From the IMG/VR virus record IMGVR_UViG_3300005618_000016: a stretch of DNA of 64,000 nucleotides; one strand, given 5' to 3'. Position 1 is the first letter of the stretch. Each line of letters begins with the position of its first letter. The notes under the pieces are model-generated. The model was not told where the DNA came from and did not search any database. It was given only the letters and a program-made list of their open reading frames with translations. Source of the stretch: an uncultured virus (IMG/VR IMGVR_UViG_3300005618_000016). Taxonomy: Duplodnaviria; Heunggongvirae; Uroviricota; Caudoviricetes. The position numbers and the translations under genes are program-made. Below are positions 59,733 through 64,000 of this stretch, piece after piece.

Positions 59733-60465
59733 ATTCATTTCAAGACTGGGTGGAGCAGGCGGAAGCTCGAGAGCGCACCACGCCTACCCGGACAATGCAC
59801 GAGCCGCTGCGCTCGCTCTCTTCGCGCGGAACTACGCGACGGGGCCGAAGGTCGATACGGCGGTCGGGGCACCCACCGAGATCCCGTGGAACGCGATCGA
59901 TTCGACCGCTCTGGCGTTCTCGGTGGCAGCGGGAGGCGTGACCGTTTCCATCCCGGGAGACGTCACGAGCCTGTTCACCAACGGTGACTCGCTGACCATC
60001 CTACCGACCACGCCGGACGTGCTTCCGACGGTGTCCCGATCGGTCGCGAGCGTCCCCGCGTTCGCTTCCGGGGTCACGACGTTCGATCTGAACTCGTCCA
60101 TCGATGGATCCACGACCGGCGGGGCCATCGAGAACAATTCGACTCCGTCCGCCGACGTTCCGATCACTCCGCGATCCACAGGAGTCGTTCTCGTCTCCGG
60201 TGTTGTCACGGTCCTGAACGACACGGGTGGCCCGATCGATGCGATCGTCAACGTGATGGTCGACGGAACGGCACTTCCTGTTCCTTCTTCGATCACGACC
60301 ACGATCGCGGCGGGGGAAACGGCAGCGATCCCGTTCATGGCGGAAGCGTTCCTTCCCGTCGGAACGACCACGCCCATCCAGGTTCAGGTGACCGGTACGG
60401 GCGCCACGCTCGTCGCGGACTCCTCGGTCGTGAACGTGCAAGAGGTTTCGGTCGCGACCGGCTGA
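59725..60465 (+). CDS. beta-rich spike/decoration protein
   Basis: T/V/G/S-rich; GGAGG SD. Confidence 0.6.
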   Translation: MGEFISRLGGAGGSSRAHHAYPDNARAAALALFARNYATGPKVDTAVGAPTEIPWNAIDSTALAFSVAAGGVTVSIPGDVTSLFTNGDSLTILPTTPDVLPTVSRSVASVPAFASGVTTFDLNSSIDGSTTGGAIENNSTPSADVPITPRSTGVVLVSGVVTVLNDTGGPIDAIVNVMVDGTALPVPSSITTTIAAGETAAIPFMAEAFLPVGTTTPIQVQVTGTGATLVADSSVVNVQEVSVATG

Positions 60466-60477
60466 GAAGAGGCGATC

Positions 60478-60672
60478 ATGGAACGAACCAAGGTCCACGA
60501 CGAAGTTTTACAATGTGGCTACAAGAGATGTTGCCCTCGCGTCGAAGTCTTCGACGACGGATCCGTCGAGATCTCTGATGACGACGCGGAGACAGGATCG
60601 GTCGGAACGATCAAGCTTCGCCCGAAGGCGGCCGCCCGCCTCCTCGAACTGCTCTCCGCGAACAAGAAGTGA
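60478..60672 (+). CDS. small hypothetical protein
   Basis: GAGG SD. Confidence 0.55.
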   Translation: MERTKVHDEVLQCGYKRCCPRVEVFDDGSVEISDDDAETGSVGTIKLRPKAAARLLELLSANKK

Positions 60673-60702
60673 ACGCGTGGCGGGGTTTCCCGTCGGAAGG
60701 GT

Positions 60703-61959
60703 GTGATCATGGCTCGAGTCATCGGAAGGGGTCGATACGCGACCGAAACGTATCCGGAAGGTCCCGGGGGCGGCGGAGCAGCGGCAGGAATCGTTCCTCT
60801 GTCCAGGCAACGCTTCGTCGACGGCGACACGGCGACAACCGGGAGAACCGGATCGGTAGCCGAACCGTTCAAGACCATCGCCGAGTTCATGGCGGCGCGC
60901 GGTAACGCGTCGGTAGCGGACGCGACGGCAAACTTCGTCGGGTGGCTGATGCCGACGCTTGCCGGGTACGTCGAGAACGTCGCGTTCCCTCCCTACGCCT
61001 CGACGGAGCTCCGCGCTGATTCGCTCTCGCTTGCCGCGGGGACAATCATCTCGGGGAACGTGACCTGGGGCAATATTCTTGGAGCAAAAGCGGCCAGTCC
61101 CGTGGCGGCAGTGGCGATGCACAACGTGTCCGTAACAGGAACCGTAACCATTACGGACGACCCCGGAGCTCCCACCTCGATCTTCAGTTTCAGCGCCGAC
61201 GAGATCGGTGACGACTCCGCGTCGATCGTCGGTGGTTTCGTGTCGAGCGCGACCACGAAGCTGCAAACGGCGCTGTTCACCAACGCCTTGATCGACGACA
61301 TCAACGCAGGAACCGCGGCAAACAGCGCGTTCGTCCAACTCTTCTACTCCACGATCTCCGGCACGATCTCTGCGCAGGGATTGAGCTGCGTAGGATCAAG
61401 GATCGACGTGTCCGCGATCACGGTCAACTCGAACGGCCTGTGTTCGTTCCAAGACACCAACTTCGCCTCGGGGTCCAACCCGGTTCTCACTGCTATCGCA
61501 AGCGCGAACTTCGATGGGGCCTCGTGGCGAAGCTTCCTGGAAGCAGGAGGAACACGCGCTCCGGCAGGCGACGCAGGTACTCCGGTGCTGGTCGTCGGCG
61601 GATTCAGCGCAGGAGCCGTCGAGGGCGCCGTCACGGCGGGAGGTTCCGGAACGTTCGACGTCTCTCTCAACGGCGCGGGCGCCACCGCGGGGCTCCAGGG
61701 ATCGAACTCGGGGAACAGTTACGCGTTTACCGGAATGGGCGGGGATGTCACCGTCAACCTCCAGATCGGAGGGGCCAAGGTCGGCGACACCATCATGATC
61801 ACGAAGCCCGGCTTGGACGCGCACACGATCACGGTCCACAACAGCGGCGGAACCCCGGCGGACATCGGAATCATCCCATCGGGCGGAAGAGGGTTCCTCT
61901 TGGCCCGCTTCGACGGAACGGACTGGAAGTTCGTTTCAGGAGGGTCGCTCGCGGCCTGA
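60703..61959 (+). CDS. spike/fibre (receptor-binding) protein
   Basis: RFVDG...TGS..EPFKTI beta-helix entry motif; G/S/T/A-rich. Confidence 0.65.
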   Translation: MIMARVIGRGRYATETYPEGPGGGGAAAGIVPLSRQRFVDGDTATTGRTGSVAEPFKTIAEFMAARGNASVADATANFVGWLMPTLAGYVENVAFPPYASTELRADSLSLAAGTIISGNVTWGNILGAKAASPVAAVAMHNVSVTGTVTITDDPGAPTSIFSFSADEIGDDSASIVGGFVSSATTKLQTALFTNALIDDINAGTAANSAFVQLFYSTISGTISAQGLSCVGSRIDVSAITVNSNGLCSFQDTNFASGSNPVLTAIASANFDGASWRSFLEAGGTRAPAGDAGTPVLVVGGFSAGAVEGAVTAGGSGTFDVSLNGAGATAGLQGSNSGNSYAFTGMGGDVTVNLQIGGAKVGDTIMITKPGLDAHTITVHNSGGTPADIGIIPSGGRGFLLARFDGTDWKFVSGGSLAA

Positions 61960-62246
61960 TGCACGAGTTCCTGATCGTCTCCGCGCTCATCGGTGCGACG
62001 CTGCTCGTTGTGCGTAGCACCATCTTCCGTTCCGTTCGACGACTCTATCCGGCACTGCTCGAGTGCTGTCAGTGTTCTGGAACGTGGATCGGAGCGGCGG
62101 CGGGCGTGAGCGGAGTTGCGAGTACAGGACACGGACGAGTGATCGATGCGATCGTCGTTGGCGCAGCAACGAGCTTCCTATCGATGCTTGCCGATGCGAT
62201 ACTTCTACATCTGCTCGGGGATCCGAGTGAAGGAGACCAGTCATGA
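61959..62246 (+). CDS. DUF1360-like membrane protein
   Basis: LLECCQCSGTWIG flanked by TM helices. Confidence 0.55.
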   Translation: MHEFLIVSALIGATLLVVRSTIFRSVRRLYPALLECCQCSGTWIGAAAGVSGVASTGHGRVIDAIVVGAATSFLSMLADAILLHLLGDPSEGDQS

Positions 62247-62494
62247 GGCGAAAATTGCGCAATTTGAAAAACAAGAGCGGACACTCGGAAAACGGTTGTC
62301 CGCGCTCGCTCATCGACGAGGCCGTTCACCGCGAGCACATCAACAACGCGAACGTGTTCGCCAACGCCGGAAGCGATCCCGGAGACCCCTCGCCGCACTA
62401 CGACACGGAGTACAGCGGTTGGTCCAACGCTTCGCGCCCGCGCGACCAGGCCATCTCGCTGAGATCCATCACGCCGCTCGATCGTCCGGACTGA
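62243..62494 (+). CDS. hypothetical protein
   Basis: AAGGAG SD. Confidence 0.5.
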   Translation: MRRKLRNLKNKSGHSENGCPRSLIDEAVHREHINNANVFANAGSDPGDPSPHYDTEYSGWSNASRPRDQAISLRSITPLDRPD

Positions 62495-62542
62495 TCGAGT
62501 TCGCGGCAAGGAGCCGCAAGAGGCTCCTGAGGACGCAGCCCC

Positions 62543-63298
62543 ATGAGCCACATCATCGGAAGAAGGCGCTACGCAGGGGAGACTTACCCTCTCCCTCGTT
62601 TCGCAGGCGCTTCTCCGCCCTCGTTGCTCGGGTACGGTTTGTACGCTGCCAGGCCCGCCCCAGGGAATCTTGGGGCTCGGTACGTGTGCTCGGATGGCGC
62701 GGTTGAGTTCGTCGACGACGGAACCGTCTGGAAGCCACTCGTCAACGGACGTCCGGGCACGCAACCGCCACTCGTCTCCGCGTTCACGGCGCTCTCTTCC
62801 GCGGCCGGCGCTACCTGGACCGACGTGGCCGGCACCATCGTATCGGTTGCATCTCAAGTTGGGGGAGAGGCGGCACTACTCGTTCAGGAGAAGCCTGCGA
62901 CGTGCGAGCTCGTGATCCATGTCACCGACGTGCAGCTCGGAACGAACGGTGTCGAAGGGCTCGTAGTACGGAACTCTGCGAACGATTTCTTCATCATCTT
63001 CGGGATTTCTGCCGGCGGCGTCTCGGTCGCTCTGTGGTCTTCTCTCACGAACCGAATCGACAACGAGTACACCGGATCAACACGACCTATCGGCGACACG
63101 TGGCTTCGCTTCACTGACGACGGTGCCACGTTCCGATACTTCATCGCTACGGACGGGCTCACATGGCTCGACCTCACCAGCGACGTGAACCTCGCGAATG
63201 GCGGACGAGACATCGTTGGAAACGCCGATCAGATTGGACTCGGAGTCGAGCGTACCGATGGACCGGTGACTGTGTACCGCTCGTACGATTTGCAGTGA
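62543..63298 (+). CDS. lectin/ConA-like beta-sandwich spike protein
   Basis: GLYAARPAPG...WLRFTDDGATFRYFIATDGLTW...QIGLG. Confidence 0.6.
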   Translation: MSHIIGRRRYAGETYPLPRFAGASPPSLLGYGLYAARPAPGNLGARYVCSDGAVEFVDDGTVWKPLVNGRPGTQPPLVSAFTALSSAAGATWTDVAGTIVSVASQVGGEAALLVQEKPATCELVIHVTDVQLGTNGVEGLVVRNSANDFFIIFGISAGGVSVALWSSLTNRIDNEYTGSTRPIGDTWLRFTDDGATFRYFIATDGLTWLDLTSDVNLANGGRDIVGNADQIGLGVERTDGPVTVYRSYDLQ

Positions 63299-63308
63299 AG
63301 GCAACACC

Positions 63309-64000
63309 ATGGCCATTTGTTCCACAGAAGGTGACCACAAGGTTCTCGTCGATGGCGACGACACGACGCCTGACTACTTGGCGCCTAAGCTAACCGGATC
63401 CGGCGGGATCACGCTGACTGTACTGAACCCGGGAGGAGACGAGCAGCTCGACATCGACGGTGGAAGTGTTGCCGGAGATCACAAGTCACTGGTCAATGGC
63501 GCAGACACGACTCCGAACTACCTAGAGCAGAAGGTAGTTGCCGGAGCGAACATGGCGGTGACCGTCGTTGATCTTGGCGGCGGAGATTTGGCGTTATCGC
63601 TCGCGGCCGTCGTCCCGCCTGGAAGCTCCGATCACAAGGTAATCGTCGACCTAGCGGACACGACCCCAAACTATCTTGGTTCCAAGATCGTCGCTGGATC
63701 AAACGTCACCTTGACGGTGCTGAATCCTGCTGGAAACGAGCAGATCCAGATCGACGTCGCCGGAGCTCCTCCTACAGGAGCAGCCGGCGGAGATTTGGGA
63801 GGCACGTATCCGAATCCGACTGTGATCGCTGTAGAAGAAACCGGAGGTCCCACTCGCCTTACGATCGGAGCGATCGCTGACACACAAGTGCTCACGAGAT
63901 CCGGAACAACGGTGATCGGTACGGCTCCTAGCTCGCTCGGGATCACGTGGGCGAACGTACTTGCATCCGGTAATCTTTCTGGGGGTACGAATCCGACCAT
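63309..64000 (+). CDS. fibre protein, partial (not in the ORF track)
   Basis: manual translation: three DHK..V...DTTP(D/N)YL..K repeats, then AGGDLGGTYPNPTV. Confidence 0.75.
   Translation, partial: MAICSTEGDHKVLVDGDDTTPDYLAPKLTGSGGITLTVLNPGGDEQLDIDGGSVAGDHKSLVNGADTTPNYLEQKVVAGANMAVTVVDLGGGDLALSLAAVVPPGSSDHKVIVDLADTTPNYLGSKIVAGSNVTLTVLNPAGNEQIQIDVAGAPPTGAAGGDLGGTYPNPTVIAVEETGGPTRLTIGAIADTQVLTRSGTTVIGTAPSSLGITWANVLASGNLSGGTNPT

Noticed and set aside
1..64000. tRNA or rRNA genes, integrase/att sites, terminase, portal, reverse transcriptase
   Set aside because: None was recognisable by eye; absence holds only for this window and without HMM searches.

Overview
The window is a GC-rich, gene-dense segment of a bacterial virus genome, with many ATGA/GTGA stop-start overlaps. 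I found no rRNA, tRNA, CRISPR array, integrase, terminase, portal or tail tube/sheath genes. All family assignments come from motifs read by eye; no database search was run. 1-14.4 kb is a replication/recombination module: UvrD-like, Dda-like and SF2 helicases, a Sak4/AAA_24 ATPase with an SSB-like protein, a circularly permuted PD-(D/E)XK nuclease, a DnaQ exonuclease, VRR-NUC and a Prim-Pol-helicase. 14.4-42 kb is an accessory and counter-defence region: Tad1- and Tad2-like sponges, an Ocr-like DNA mimic among acidic proteins, a split C5 methyltransferase with a nested out-of-frame subunit, a Dam-like methylase, a rhomboid protease, a MazG-like protein and a strong -1 frameshift signal. 42-46 kb carries lysis and membrane proteins. 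46-64 kb is a structural operon that looks like a tailless, internal-membrane virus rather than a tailed phage: a GroES-like protein, a JAB protein, a transglutaminase-like protease, a Tlr6F-like/Arg-rich core protein, three beta-rich capsid candidates, membrane-anchored LysM/peptidoglycan-binding proteins and spike/fibre proteins. A myxobacterial host is suggested but is only an inference.
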